Of a stretch of 64,000 bases of DNA, positions 26,646 to 40,379 are shown piece after piece. The DNA lies in assembly GCA_964247055.1 (NCBI GenBank), contig OZ176050.1, forward strand, positions 11,160,001-11,224,000, read 5' to 3'. Below the pieces are notes generated by a model. The model ran no database searches, had not been told where the DNA came from, and was given only the letters and a program-made list of their open reading frames with translations. The translations under genes and the position numbers were made by a program. The number at the start of each line of letters is the position of its first letter. Position 1 is the stretch's first letter. This DNA is from Paragordius varius (lineage: Eukaryota > Animalia > Nematomorpha).

Positions 26646-27683
26646 TTAATAAAATTTTTGCCTCAATTTATTATAATAATTTAACAAAGTTCTAATATCA
26701 TTATATTCAAAAATTTTAACGTAACTATGGCAAGCCACAATAACTAAGGGCCATCAGAATCATTATACATTTATCTCCCAGAATATGCATACATCGGGAT
26801 ATTCTTGCGTTACTATGTAGTAAAATAAATTCGCTTTATATTCTATTACATATATTTTACGAATCCATAAGTATAAATATACTCAGAAAAGAGGATATAT
26901 GATACTTTTTTTAATATAGGTTGGGGGTCGGCAACTTTGGTGAACGGCTTATTTGGTAAAAAAATTTCAATGTGCAAAACTAAATTTAATTGGTAGTTTT
27001 TATATCTTCTTGAATCTAGATTTGAAAATAAATATTTTTTGTAAAAAAATACAAGTTTAGACTCTAATAAATTGTTGAAATAATAAATGTTACCGTTTTC
27101 AACAATTAAATTAATACAATATTCACATTTTCTAAATTTACATCTTTTGCGCATAGTGCACATTAATGAATAATGCAGTGAGGTTGGAAAGGAGACTCTT
27201 GATATTTAATTTTATTATTGATCACCAATCAGACCAGTATTATAACCTTTATGTTTGCACCATCAGTCTAATAGTTACATTATGTCATCACTTTTTATAT
27301 CATGTAGACTTTTTAACTCTTTGTTGCACAGAATAGTTTACTCCTCTGATAAAGATTAGCATTTGAGCGGTACTTTTTATATAAATGCTTTTATTTGGCA
27401 TAGAAAATATTTAAATTGGGAAATTTTTTTTAATTAAAGGGTCATATGGGCTAATATAGAATAGTGCCGATTAGCATTAAAAATTATATTTTTATCAGGA
27501 CATATTTTTCTAACGGCGACTAGAATAATACATTTCTTGATGAATTCTCTTTCAATGATGGTTTTATAGTTTTGTAAATCGATTTCAAAATATCATGGAA
27601 CTCCCTTCAAATTTATTTTCATATAATATTAAAGGCCAAATAAAACCAAATTAATTATTTTTATGCCTATTATTGCTCTAACC

Positions 27684-29823
27684 CAGTGGTACTCACGAAA
27701 AAAATTTGACGGGCCAAATAAAATATATATTTTTTTCGAGGGCCAGATTCTTATAATGGCAAATATTCCATAGCTATTTGACACATATGCACATATTTAT
27801 ACTCTAAATCAGTACAATTAATTTTTTGCAGATCGCATTTAAATCCAACTAAAAACTCGTTTCGCACCATTTAGTTTAAAAATTAAATATTTTGATAACA
27901 ACATTTTGATATTAACCAATAATTTTTGACAAATTTGGTTTCGCCTCATGACAGACCAATCTTAATACGTCGTCCATATGATTATCGGTTAAGAGATTTC
28001 TGTATCTATTCTTGAGATACCTCATTTTTGAATATGCCCTCTCACACATGTAAGTTGAGGAAAAAACAGTTAGGATAACTTGAGCACATTTTTTTATATT
28101 TTCATATTATTTGGCACATCTTGCCAAAATCATACATATCTTTCTTCTCTTCGATTCTCCTTATATATAGCCTCCGAATCGGAATCATTTTTAAAATCTA
28201 CGAATTCTTCAATGATATGCGCCTGATCAAAACCGAGATGCTCAAGTTGCTTAATCTTGGATATATCCATATACCATGGATTTTCCACGAGTTTTAAGCA
28301 ATTTTTAATATTCCTTAGTTTTCAAATCTGAATTTCATTTCATTAGATAAAAATGCTAAATGATTGCCTATTTTAATTGTTGGAAAATATAGGAGTGTTT
28401 TATTCATAAATTCTTGTTTATATATTATTAATTTTTCTTCAAAAGCAAATATATTAGCAAATTGGGTTATTACTTTGCTCCCTTGAAAACTTGTATTAAG
28501 ACTAAGTCTATAAGTAAATGTCGCAAAGGTATGCAATAAACACCATTGGTCACTATTAATTTCCTCGTCAAACTTTCTGTTATCTTTCATAAATAATACA
28601 ATCTCATGTCTTAAAACAAAAAATCTCTTTAATACTTTGCTAAGGCTTAGCCATCTCACAGCGGTGTACAAAAGAATATCATCAAACTCACTGTGGATGT
28701 CTTTCAGAAGGTTTAGAATTTACGGCTGTAAAATTCTCTTGGATGTGGTTAACTATATCCACAACCGTTTTAATTACTGAATTGAGTTATTCATCTTTTA
28801 CACGGGAAACCAAGTTTTGCTGTTGGGTATATATTTTTCAAATTATATTTGTTATTCAAAAGAGGGATAGATCCTTCGTTTCATAGAGGGACAGCCATCT
28901 GTGCAGATCGAAACCAATTTATTTCATAGATATACCATTATTCTCGAAAAAAGTGCTACCACTTATTAGACATTCTTTTATGAGTTGGGAATCAGTAAAC
29001 GGTTCCATATTTTTTCCTAAAATATAACAAATTTCATACGAAGCTAATGTTACAGCTTTTCCTGGGAGAAAGCTATAAAAATAATAGATTTTCTTTCTAG
29101 TATAATTCCTTAATTTTTTATTTATTTCGTTTCTTTCCTCATGATTTTTTGGTAATTTATGAGAATGATGGATGATAAAATGTCTTTTAATATTGTATTT
29201 TTTTATAATTATGTTGTACTGCATATAAGGCAGGTACATTTTTAAAAACGACAAAGAATTTTTCTTCCCATTCCTTTTAATAGAGCGATTTTTATCGGAT
29301 AATTTACGTTTTTTAGCATTAGATGTCATCCTTTGAATTTATATTAAAATAGTATGTAAATTTTTCAAAAAATAGGAATATAATTTGAATTATGCTATAA
29401 AAAATATGTAAAAAAGTAATGATGTTGATTTGAAAAATATTTTATGGGAGTTTAAAATGATGTAGGATCGTTATGAAAAGAATATGTATATGCAAGTTTG
29501 GGTGAAAAGCTTGCTTAAATACAAAAAAGGAATTCAATAAAAATTTGAAAATAGAAAAAAAATAGAATACAGAAACAGTAACAACGTGTGCCAAAATTTT
29601 GAAATCATTTTATGTAGGGAAATTTTACCAAATTGCGTAAAAAATAGATATACGAAATAGATCTAAAGAAAATAAATTAATATTAAAATAAGCGAAAATA
29701 CGTATGTGTATTTTAAAAATCATCAATAAAAAAAATAATTTAAGTATCAATATGGTCATAGGGCAATTTTAAAGCACTCTTAGGGCCGCATGCGGCCCGC
29801 GGGCCGCGGTTTGAGTATCACTG
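27684..29823 (-). mobile_element. Buster/Charlie-type hAT DNA transposon, defective (copy B, same family as A)
   Basis: Same TIRs with a perfect TSD CTCTAACC (27676-27683, 29824-29831). Fragments MTSNAKKRKLSD, LVSICTDGCPSM and YTAVRWLSLSKVLKRFF. It aligns by eye to copy A and retains segments that A lacks. Confidence 0.93.
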
Positions 29824-29974
29824 CTCTAACCACTAATTCCGATATCATAATCTTATAATCACAGTTAAATGATTCTCTTTCTTTTGTTATGTAGATACCT
29901 ATTTTATGATAATATTCAGTTGTTTTTTAATGAACAAAGGCTGAATAAACTCTTACCTAAAAAGCACATGATTA

Positions 29975-32202
29975 TAATAGATGGTGTTTGAAATAGTAAG
30001 GTTGGAAATCAAGAGTGCGACACGATAGTGAGAAAACACGGATTAGGCGGAAGGAAGAAAGCTGGTGAACGATTAGATTTCTGTATGATTAATCAAATGT
30101 TTATTGTGAAAACATGGTTAAACAACATAAAGACGGTTATGCACCTGGACCTCCCCTTGTGGGAATATTAAAAACCAAATAGGTTATTTTATAGGATAAC
30201 AAAAATGGAAAACCAAGAAAACTGCTCAAGCGATCACTAACTATTAATAGCAACAATTAAAACGCACATGATAAAACCCCGGAAGAAGTAAAAAGAACAC
30301 AAATACAACGTAGAACAAATCCCTTTAGAATATATGATAGAAATAAACAATAGATTTGAATTACTAGCTAAGGCAGATAATACAGAAAACCAATGTAGTA
30401 TTATAACAATAATTCACGAGACAGCGCAAAAATATTTATCAAAGAAAAAAACATCAAAAAAAGGGTTATCAGATGACTGTATAAAAATAATTGAAGAAAA
30501 AAGAAGAGCTAAGAAAAGAGGGGAAATAAAGGTTAAAAAATTGAATTCAGACTCCAGAGACTAAAAAGGAAGGACCTGGAGGAATACCGGAGTGAACAAT
30601 GCACGATTATAGAGGAAGAAAACAAAAAAGGCTTAATTAGACATCTATTTCAAACCATCAGAAGAGTAACAAATCAATACGAACTTCCAAACATAAAAAT
30701 TAAGAATAATGAAGGAAAGATCATCATGATGGAAATAGAAATTAAACAAAGATGGGAAAGTTACAACAAGCAGCTATATAGTGCACACCCAGGTGCTAAC
30801 GCTAGACAAATATATGGGAATGGGGATGATAAGTTATGTATACTGGAAGCAGAGGTAGTAAAAGCTTTAAAATCGACACTAATAAGGAAATCTGGAATAG
30901 ATAATAGATTGTGTCAGGATGTATGGGATTTAGGTATTTGGCCAAAGACTGCAAACATCACTGTTTATCCCAGTCTTTAAAAAGGGAGATAAATCAAATT
31001 GCGAGAACTATAGAAACATAGCTCTCGTTAGTCATACAAGCAAAAATTATTGAAAATCATACAGAACAGATTACATAAAGTGATAGCCAGGGAGATTCCA
31101 GATATTCAAGCAGGATTTATTAAAGGGCGTAGCACAAGAGATCACATCTCTAACGTGATACGCATAATTGACACATGTAAAGATCAAGCGGACTTTTTGA
31201 TATGTTGTATCGATTATACCCAAGCTTTTGACTCGATTAACCATGTCAATTATGGCAAAGTTTGGATGCATTGGGAGTTACAGCAAAAACCTTGCTCAAA
31301 AATTTGTATGAACACAAAAAACCATAATACAAACCCCGCAGAACCAACCAAATTTCAATACAGAAAGGTGTTAGACAAGGATGCTGCCTCTCACCATACT
31401 TGTTTAATTCACAAAAATGATCACAGAAAAGTAGATGAAGCTGAAAGCTTAAGGATAGGAGGGAGAAGGATTAACAATTTAAGATTCGTAGATGACACGA
31501 CGCTGATCGCAGATAATGTAAAAAGTTTAAATAATATGATAAGGTTAGTAAGTGAAGAAAGTAAAAGATATGGATTGAACCTCAATCCCAAGAAAACCAA
31601 AGTTATAAATTTATCAAAACATATTATAACCACAGACGACACCCCAGTAGAAGTAGTAAACAAAATCCTATTTTTAGGCTCTCTAATAGATATCAACGGC
31701 TCCTCCATGCCAGATATTAAACGCCGCGCATTAGGGAAGTCAGCTGCGAACAAGACTAAATTCTGGAAAAGTAAAGATATCACTATGAAAAATGGTATTT
31801 CCGGTAACACTAAAATTTAATGATAAAAAAAGGATGGCAGCATTCGAAATGTGATGTTGGAGTGGAATGTTGAATATAAGTCGGTTTGACAAGGTTAAGA
31901 ATGAAACAATAAGAAAAAAATTCAATATTGAGAGTTACTTGATGGGAACTACTAATAAAAAAAATCACATACATTGGTCACATTTTAAGAAGTACATTTT
32001 TTGAGAAAGATTTGATTTTTGTGAAAGTTGAAGTGAAAATACAAAAAGGAAGACCGATGTTAAAATGGCTGGACACTGTAAAGAAGGTGGTAGATGTATA
32101 AAGGAATAGAAAGAAATAGAATGGGGAAGAGACAAGGGAAGAAAACTGGTCATTTTAATTTCTAAGGGGTCGAACTCGACCTAAAGAATTACCTACCTAT
32201 CT
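29975..32202 (+). mobile_element. 5'-truncated, degenerate RTE-clade non-LTR retrotransposon (endonuclease remnant plus reverse transcriptase)
   Basis: Frameshifted fragments: endonuclease (NQMFIVKTWFKQHKRR..TWTSP), KKGDKSNCENYRNIAL, QAGFIKGRSTRDHI, IDYTQAFDSINH, IGGRRINNLRFVDDTTLIAD, GLNLNPKKTK, FLGSLI, and an RTE-like C-terminal SKGRTR followed by a short ACCT tail. The 5' boundary is approximate. Confidence 0.9.
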
Positions 32203-32388
32203 AAATTGTTTTTAAATATATATTTTATAAAAAAAATTGGCATTCTTTCCCTTTTACAAAAAAAATATGAGGTGATCCAATGTGCACTAAGTTTGCGACT
32301 TTTTGAGGTGGATTAATTACCACATGTGCTAATTAATAACAAATTCCAGACCCTTAAATATTATTTGTAAGATATTTATTTTTATCAT

Positions 32389-35300
32389 TCAAATATTACA
32401 TATAAGTAAGTTCCATAATTTTTTATATGCCTCCCGAAAATCGGCATTACTTACAGCATAAATATATGGATTAAAACATGAATTCATATATCCAAACCAC
32501 ATCATGCCATTTAAGGCATAACTTGGTAAACACCAACACAATGATTCCCAAATAAAAAGAATACAAAAAGGAAGCCAACAAACAAGAAAGGAAAATGTAA
32601 TCATGCCCACCATTTTCAGAGCCCGAATTTGTTTTCGCAACCTTCTTTCACTGATAAAATGGATGGGATTTGAATTTTGAGTTGTTGGGGTTTCTGTATT
32701 TATAAATAGGAATATAAATATTCTGCATACGGTTTTAAATAAATGTAAACTTGATGTTCTATAGGGTGCAAATTTAAACGGGTAAACATCTCTCATTAAA
32801 ATAAAAAAATTTTTTGGTGACGATAATGAATATCATTATCTATATTTGGCAATAATTTAATATGGCTAAGTTAATTGTGAAAAAATTGAAAGCCTAAATT
32901 TTAAGCTTATAAAGTAAAGAAATGTCAGTACCTTTAAAATAAATAGCCAAATTTTTTTCCCGCACAGTAGGACATAAACTTATTTATCAAATATTATAAT
33001 CAATACACTTTTCAATCACCTGATGAGTAAATATTCGATAGAAATCTGGTTATATACAGTTTCCATTAACACTTGGATACAACACACTCATTTTAGTCCT
33101 TAGATTCAAATTGGGGTAGTTGGATACCCCAGGCCTGTTTAAAATCAAATACTTTAAAAAGTATGGAAGTATTCGAAACCATGGCAAAATTTTGCACTTA
33201 TACAACATTATTAAACCGAAATATATAAAAAAATTTATTCAAAAATACTTGATATTACTTATTTTAAATTAAAACCGAAAGGTAAAAATTTCAACGTGAC
33301 ATGTGTCAAATTGTAAAATTAAAAAATAATACTGAATAAACCGCTTTTTATATTTCTATCAATGTTAGATGTAAATTATATAAAAAATTAGCTTTAGTTT
33401 TACCCTTAAAATTAAATAAAGACGATATTTTGGAAAAATTTTTTAAAATAAAAATGGCGTCGAAGTAGTTTGAGATGGAACTTTTTTTTTCAAAACAAAA
33501 TTTTATCAAGATAGTTTGGCATATTTATATAATTTTTATCAGGACAGAAGCATAAATTTAAATTGGGACCGTCTCCTTCATTATTTTTTAAAAATTTTAA
33601 TTTAAATTTAGTCTGGGGTATTTAGATACCCCAATCTGAATCGAAGTGTTAAAAATGCCTTTTTCAAGTTGCGCTTAGGGAATAAATTTGTATAAACATA
33701 TCATAAAAATAATTCTTTACCTTTTAATGTCGGTGATAGATTAGTCGTGGTTTCAAATTCAATATTTGAATCCGGGTGAGATTTTTCCTTAAATCGGATT
33801 TGTGTTTTAGTGTTTATGTCAAGCATATTTTTATCATTACTTAAGCGTATGGTTGGAGGTTTCAAAGTTTCTTTAGCTTTAATTGTATTTTCTAACTGAT
33901 TTTTCCCTTTCAAAATTATACTTGTGTTATTAATAAGTCCAGATTTTGACAAATTTTCTTTGATTTTACCCCGTGGTAAATAATTTAGGCCAACCGATTT
34001 ACCAATAAGTTTAGATAAATATATTGGTTCAGTTTTTTGATCAACAGTCATGGAAGTATAATCACTATGTATGTACTGATTAGGTGCTATAAAATTATTA
34101 AAAAACATATATTGGTATATATGTCCAAGATTTAGCCCCACATAAATATTAATATATTTAATTTTTTGATTAATTTCGTTTAATGTGTACGTGTTTATTT
34201 AAAAATAAAATATAAGTAAAACTGGATAAATATTTTTAAAGAGCTTTATTAAAATCTATAATATATATATAATCAAAGCTACAGATAAATATAACATATT
34301 TTTCGGCACAAAACAGGTTGCATATTTTCTTCAAATATGTTGCTTATCATACATACGCCAAAAAATTGATGAAAACTATCCTGATAAAATCAATATACAT
34401 AAAATATATCCTTATATATATATGTATATTCTGATAGGTATTAGGATTCCTATGGGGCTTTTGCTGTTTTGGGACAATGAGTCATTATAACATAATATTT
34501 ATACTCTTATCCAATTGGTTCATATCGACAATAATTTAGCGCACAATATACTAAAAAAATTTGATGAAAGCTAGATGCTTCATTCCAAGAAAATTATAAA
34601 TATATATACAACATTCAAAAAACAATTTTTAGTTAAAATTACAATTATAGATGCAGGCTCTGAAGTGTGATACTACTCTGACATGGGCTAGTTTTATAAA
34701 ATAAACGCAGCAATACCAAGGTTGTGCGATAACAAATATTGATATCTGCTATTTAGGCATCAAAAATAGTTTATTTTTTAAAAATGCTTATGTAAGAAAA
34801 AATTTAGAAAAATTTGATTGAGACATATTTTGGTAATTTATAAAATGGTGATAACGATTTAAAAAAATCCATTTCACAATATCTGTTGTATAGATTATAT
34901 GCCCCAGGAATTTAATTAAAATCTAAATTTAGAATAAACACAATTTATATTTAACTTAAGCGCGCGAAGCTTTGTAAGCAGCATCGATTTTAAAAAATGT
35001 TTTTTTTCCAGTATTTTATACCGTTTCCACCATGCTTCAAAATACCATAGTCTTTAACAAAATTTTGTTAACAATATTAAGGAAAATTATAAATTTTATC
35101 TAAATAACTTATTATGTAGTATTTATTGAAAATTGTTGATGCGCAATCTCGGCGTTTTGCGTCTATTTTGAGAATCTAGCCATCGGAAAAATAAAACCTT
35201 TGACATCCACGCCTAAAAATTTAAATTGTTTTACTCTCATATATATAATAACAAAATATTCTGGTTTAAAGTCTCTACGTTTTACCAAAAAATTCCTTTA

Positions 35301-38300
35301 ATTTAAATGTGCACTAATTTTGCGATTTTTTGTTATAGAACTACTATAAAAGTTGCAATGCAACATCTGTTTTGTAATTACCAAAACCAAAAGCAGCATG
35401 AGAATCCTGGTGCATTTTTCTCTAAGTGAAATATTTTACAAGATTAATTTAAAACACTATGTGAAAAGCAACAATTAGAAACCATTTAGTGCATAACCGT
35501 TTTTCAAAATGTAAGACTGGAACCAGATACAAATATTAGTCCAACTTCTAACTAAAATATACCATTTACAGTTCAAATTCACCCTTAAACAATTCAAATT
35601 CATCCTTGAACAATTCAAATTCACCCTTGAACAATTCAAATTCACCCTCGAACAATCTAAATTCACCCTAAAAATAAATTATGTGTTTTCGAACTAATAT
35701 AACTCATTATTAATATAAAATATACCTTTATGGCATAATTAATTATTTTTTTGAGTATTATTTTAATTTAAAACAAATATTTTTTAAAAATATATTAAAA
35801 TATAGGTAATTTTTAATCTTAAAAAACATGTTATTTATTTGAGGGTGAATTTGAATTGTTCGAGGGTGAATTTGAATTGTTCAAGGGTGAATTTGAATTG
35901 TTCGAGGGTGAAAATGAATTGTTTAAGGGTGAATTTGAACTGTAAATGGTATATTAACTAATTTCTTATATCTGTATAATAAAAGAAGGGATAATTATAA
36001 TATTCTTACTATGTATCCTTCTAAATCTTCTCCGGACAATTATAATGACGTAGATGTATATGGCAACCATACATATGATTGGTAGGTAGAATGTTATAGG
36101 AATGACTGTTAAAGAAAATTCCTTTCGTATTTGAATGAAGCAAAAATTTGGATTCTCATAATTTGCCAAAAGTCTTGGTTCTCTGTATAGCTGAGTGAAC
36201 ACATTGACCGGTATAACTGATATCAAAGCTCCAATCACCCAAATAGTAGTAGCACAAATGAATAGGGTACATTTATTAGATAAGCGTTTGTAATCGAATG
36301 GGAAGCGCACGGCAATAAATTGATCGATAGAGATAGCAAACAAGTGCAAGATACTAACGGTGGAAAACATTATATCGCTTGTTTGGTATACTTTGCAAAA
36401 TTCTGTTCCGAAAGGCCAATGTTGAAGTATAATATTCACCCCGGCGAATGGTATAACAAAAATACCTCAATAAATTCATAACAAAAATTAATTAAATTCA
36501 TTAAACAAAAATATCAAATTTCTTATTGCCGTACCGGGGGGGTGTGTAAAACGGGTTCGTCAAGAGTTAAAGATCATGAATTAACATAAGGAGAGAATAT
36601 ATTTTGTAACATTGATGGGCTAAAACTTACACTAAAATGATTGATTTAAAAATCACTATGGTGTTGGTTACAAAATCTGATTTTTAGAAAACCGGCGTTT
36701 CAAATTTTTGAGAAACAACCTCGGCTTTTATCACACACTCAAAATAGATAGTTTTCTTAAATTATTTTTTCTAATGATATAAAATTCTTTTTTTTGTTTG
36801 TTATGCTAAATAATTCTAACATTAAAAATCAACTCTTTAGTTATGACGTATCACATTTTTTATCCGATCATACGGTTAAAGTTTATATAATTGGCATATT
36901 GCTTTTCATATAACAGTTTATGCTAATTTAGATTTGTTACATGTATAAATTAAGATAATTTTGGTTTACATTTATAATTAAATATAAAATTTATGCTTCA
37001 TAGAAGTTTTATCTCTACTAAGAATATTATCAAAGACGCTTGTATTTTTGTCATAAGAAATATTTTGAAATAAAAGTTTAAGTAAGGGAAGGGATCACTG
37101 GAACCACTTAAAGTTAGACATTCCAATTTTAAAAATTTTGAAACCAACCCAGTCAATTTGTTCAGGATGTTTCGGCTTGGTAAAAAAAACCCTAGCCAAA
37201 ATGTATCACTGGAGGTATTTAACTAATAAATATTAAATCATTAAAGAAATTTAATGAAGCCCTAATATTCTATATCGCATGTAAAACTTAAAGTATATGT
37301 TTGAACAGATTTTAAATTAATATTATATTGTTTGGATTCCTTTAATGACATATCAACATAAATTTCGTGGAGGTTATTTTGGATAATTTTTAATACATAA
37401 AAAATTTAGTTATGTTCCTTATTTTGTATACGGAAAATCTTTCATATATTAGTTAAAAATTATAATTATTTATTGTACGATGGATTTTTAAAGTTTGAAA
37501 TATAATAAAATCATTAATTGGAATTTTAGTCACCAGAGTTAAATCTCAAGAAACATTTTTTTGCATTGAACGTATTTGTACAAAGTCGATATTTTAAATC
37601 GGTTAAAAATTAATAAAGCAAGATTATTTAGGCTTAGATGCTCCAAAATTATCTATGTATTCTATTTTTCTAACCAATATCTGTTTTAACACATTTAAAC
37701 CTATTATTTTTTAGTAGACGATTAATGGTTAGTACTTCAGGAAGCCTAATAACATCCGCATAATTAAATAATTTTCCGTTTCATTTTTAATAAGTATTTT
37801 TTTAGGTATTATCTTCTTTATAGAAATTATATGAACCATAAAACAAGGGTGCTAAAAATTATAAATAGCGAAAACATTATAATCATTAGGAGAATTTGTT
37901 AGGTTTCTTACAAAAATTTACTGATAAAAATAAATATATCTCAAATTTAAAGAACACCTATTTGAATTAATTTTTTTCCATGCTATCAAGAATAACATTA
38001 GACAACAAATTTTGACTTTTTTTAAGTGCTATTTCTGTAATTTTAAAATTTATTTCATTAAAGTACAAAAAAAATTGGTCTAATACCTAAAGAAATTTTT
38101 ATTAGGGTTTATCAAAAATTTTAGGCCCCGATTCATCATCAAACTCGAAATTTTCAATATCAAAAGTTATATAGTAATGATTTTATATGATTCGAAAGAG
38201 TGCAAAAGACTGAAGCTTTCAGTGGTAGTTAGTCATTTAAATCAATCTGTTATAAAAGTTAAACAGCTTTATATGGTTAAAATTGTCAGCTCATAAATAG

Positions 38301-39357
38301 GTCTAAAACTATCACAGTATTTTATTATAATTACTAGGGTTACATTAGTATAAAATTAAACTCTGAAAAAGCTATTGTTTTTTTAATATAAATCACTATT
38401 ATCAAAATAATTATACAAGGATACCAAAATGCATAGGTATAACTCTAAATTTATGACATGATAGTTATTAAAGATCAAGTTAATCTATATTTACAGTCTT
38501 AAAATTTTAAAATGATGAGCTCTGTTAATATTGATGAGATGGTAATTTTTTAAGAAAATAAAAAATTAAAAATGGCTGTTTTAAATGACATAAAAGCAAT
38601 AAATAAGTGTTCAAATCTAAAAAACTTTTTGATATTTCTACACATTCATTGCCATCTACACAAAGTTTGAGCTTTTTACATCCATTAGTTTCAAAAATAT
38701 ATTATTTGATAAAAACGCCCTTCTCTTTGCGGGTTTATCGCTTCCTATGTCCAATACTAACTATCGATGCAAACATATGCTTATAATAGATTTAATTACT
38801 CTTTCGAATGATATATTACTAATGGGCATTTGTTGTATATTTTTAAAGGAAAACATTTTTTACTAAAATTTTGATAAAGGGGGCGGGGCACCTAATCATG
38901 AAAAATTAAATCATAAAAAATTCTTAGGTAAAATCTTAATTCTTAATTCAGGTTTACTGTTTAAATGATAGTAAATATCAGAAAATGCAAAAACTCAAGG
39001 ACAGAAATTTTTTTTGCCAAGTGTAATATATTTATATATTATAAAATTTGTGATTATAATCTAAAAGGATAATAGATAAATAAAATAATTTAAGTGACGA
39101 GTTTCAATTTGACACATACCCAATAACATATCAGCAAGGGCCATTGATGTAATTAGCATGTAACGAGCTGTTCGCAATTTTTTATAACAAAGTGTCACCA
39201 AGATGACACTTGCGTTTCCAAAAACTAGCAAAACATTCATAAGTATAATAAGTAAGGCTAACAAGACATGTATTTGTGTGGATGATTTATCAGCAATAGA
39301 ATACTGATGGAATAAAGTTTGATTACCATTTTCCAGGTGGTAGGAAGTCGTGATCAT
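32389..39357 (-). CDS. Class A biogenic-amine-type GPCR (octopamine/dopamine/tyramine/5-HT-like, subtype unresolved), 4 exons, ~454 aa
   Basis: Exons 39120-39357, 36010-36465, 33721-34086, 32389-32693 are phase-compatible (1365 nt). TM1 GN, TM2 SMALADMLLG, WPFG..C, TM3 with D3.32 (SDIMFST), TM4 W, TM5 FYLP, TM6 CWLPF, TM7 WFGYMNSCFNPYIY. Extra ICL3 exons (e.g. ~34440-34560) cannot be excluded. Confidence 0.92.
33070..33648 (+). mobile_element. TTAA-flanked (piggyBac-like) MITE, family P copy 3, in GPCR intron 3
   Basis: TTAA|CACTTGGATAC...GAATCGAAGTG|TTAA. An internal inverted repeat (GATTCAAATTGGGGTA..GATACCCCAG) is offset ~28 bp from one end and flush with the other, the asymmetric end layout known from piggyBac. 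Confidence 0.9.
35562..35949. mobile_element. TA-flanked MITE with subterminal 21-bp tandem repeats, family R copy 1, in GPCR intron 2
   Basis: TA|CCATTTACAGTTCAAATTCACCC...GGGTGAATTTGAACTGTAAATGG|TA; each arm carries ~5 units of AATTCAAATTCACCCTTGAAC. Confidence 0.9.
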
Positions 39358-40379
39358 TTAAATAGCTTAGCTTATTTCCAAAACTATTATATCCCTGTAT
39401 AAGGTGGGAAAAAATATTTTTTATCCAAAAACAAGTAGTATAGATTACACTTGTACCAATATGTACATACTTTGAATTAAATATAGCATAAATTGATTGG
39501 GAAATATATAACAATAAGAATAACTTCGTATAAAGTTGGGACTTGCCGTTAATTCGTTTTAATTAGATATGTGTTATTTCAAATATTTATTATATATATA
39601 TTTCATGGGATTCAAAAATATGGAAAATGATTTAACTATCTGAAAGCACACTAAATTATAAAAATACAATATAAATGATAATATTATTAACATGTATTAT
39701 TTACACCTGAAAAATTAATATGGATTATTATTAAAAAAGATGTTAATAATAATTAATCCATTAACACGTATGCGCCGCTTTCGTAAATAGATGAATTGTT
39801 AAATTCAATGCAAATGTCCTTTAATAATAATAAAAAAAATGGTTATTATGATTCCCATTATGATAATGCAGTTTTTGTTTAACTAAGGAGGTGTGTTTCA
39901 AAATATTTATAATTTAAACGACTCTAACAGTGATATAAAAACGTTTCAATGTAATATGCCAATGATCAACAATATTAAATAAATATATTCATGTTTCTAA
40001 TCAGGGGTTTCGAATCCAACACACGGCCCTTCAAAATATTTTTGCAGCCCGCGAGAATGAATACAAAATTTTACAAAATCCAAGTAAAATTGATTTCCTA
40101 AACAAATTTTCTGATTAAGTCTTTCCGAAATTTGGCAATGAACTAGCCAAAAATCTTAAATTTACAGTCTTGTGTTTGATATCCAATACAATATTTGCTA
40201 ATTCTCTCATATTTAAATGCATAAGGATAATCTCAAACGCAAAAGATATTACATTTTCTTAAAGGGTTTATAAGGAACTTATAAGAATTAAAGGAAGATA
40301 TAAAAACCCGCTTTTTGGCGACTAATATGCATAAAAAACTTTAATTATTTTACCTCTCATATATATATATATATATATA

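Noticed and set aside
6945-29823. Inverted hAT copies flanking NDST and TRMT44 as a composite (cargo-carrying) transposon
   Set aside because: Each copy has its own distinct perfect TSD (ATTTAGAG, CTCTAACC), so they are independent insertions; the outer flanks are not a shared duplication.
31421-31810. Antisense ORFs such as 31421-31810(-), 31071-31271(-), 46522-46761(+), 49109-49336(+), 12214-12402(-) and 60164-60412(-)
   Set aside because: They are shadow frames of real coding or RT sequence with no recognisable motifs.
35562-35949. 21-bp repeats as a CRISPR array, or ORF 35475-35666 (RVNLNCS heptads) as a repeat protein
   Set aside because: The repeats are head-to-tail without spacers, mirrored in both arms of a TA-flanked MITE found three times, and there are no cas genes.
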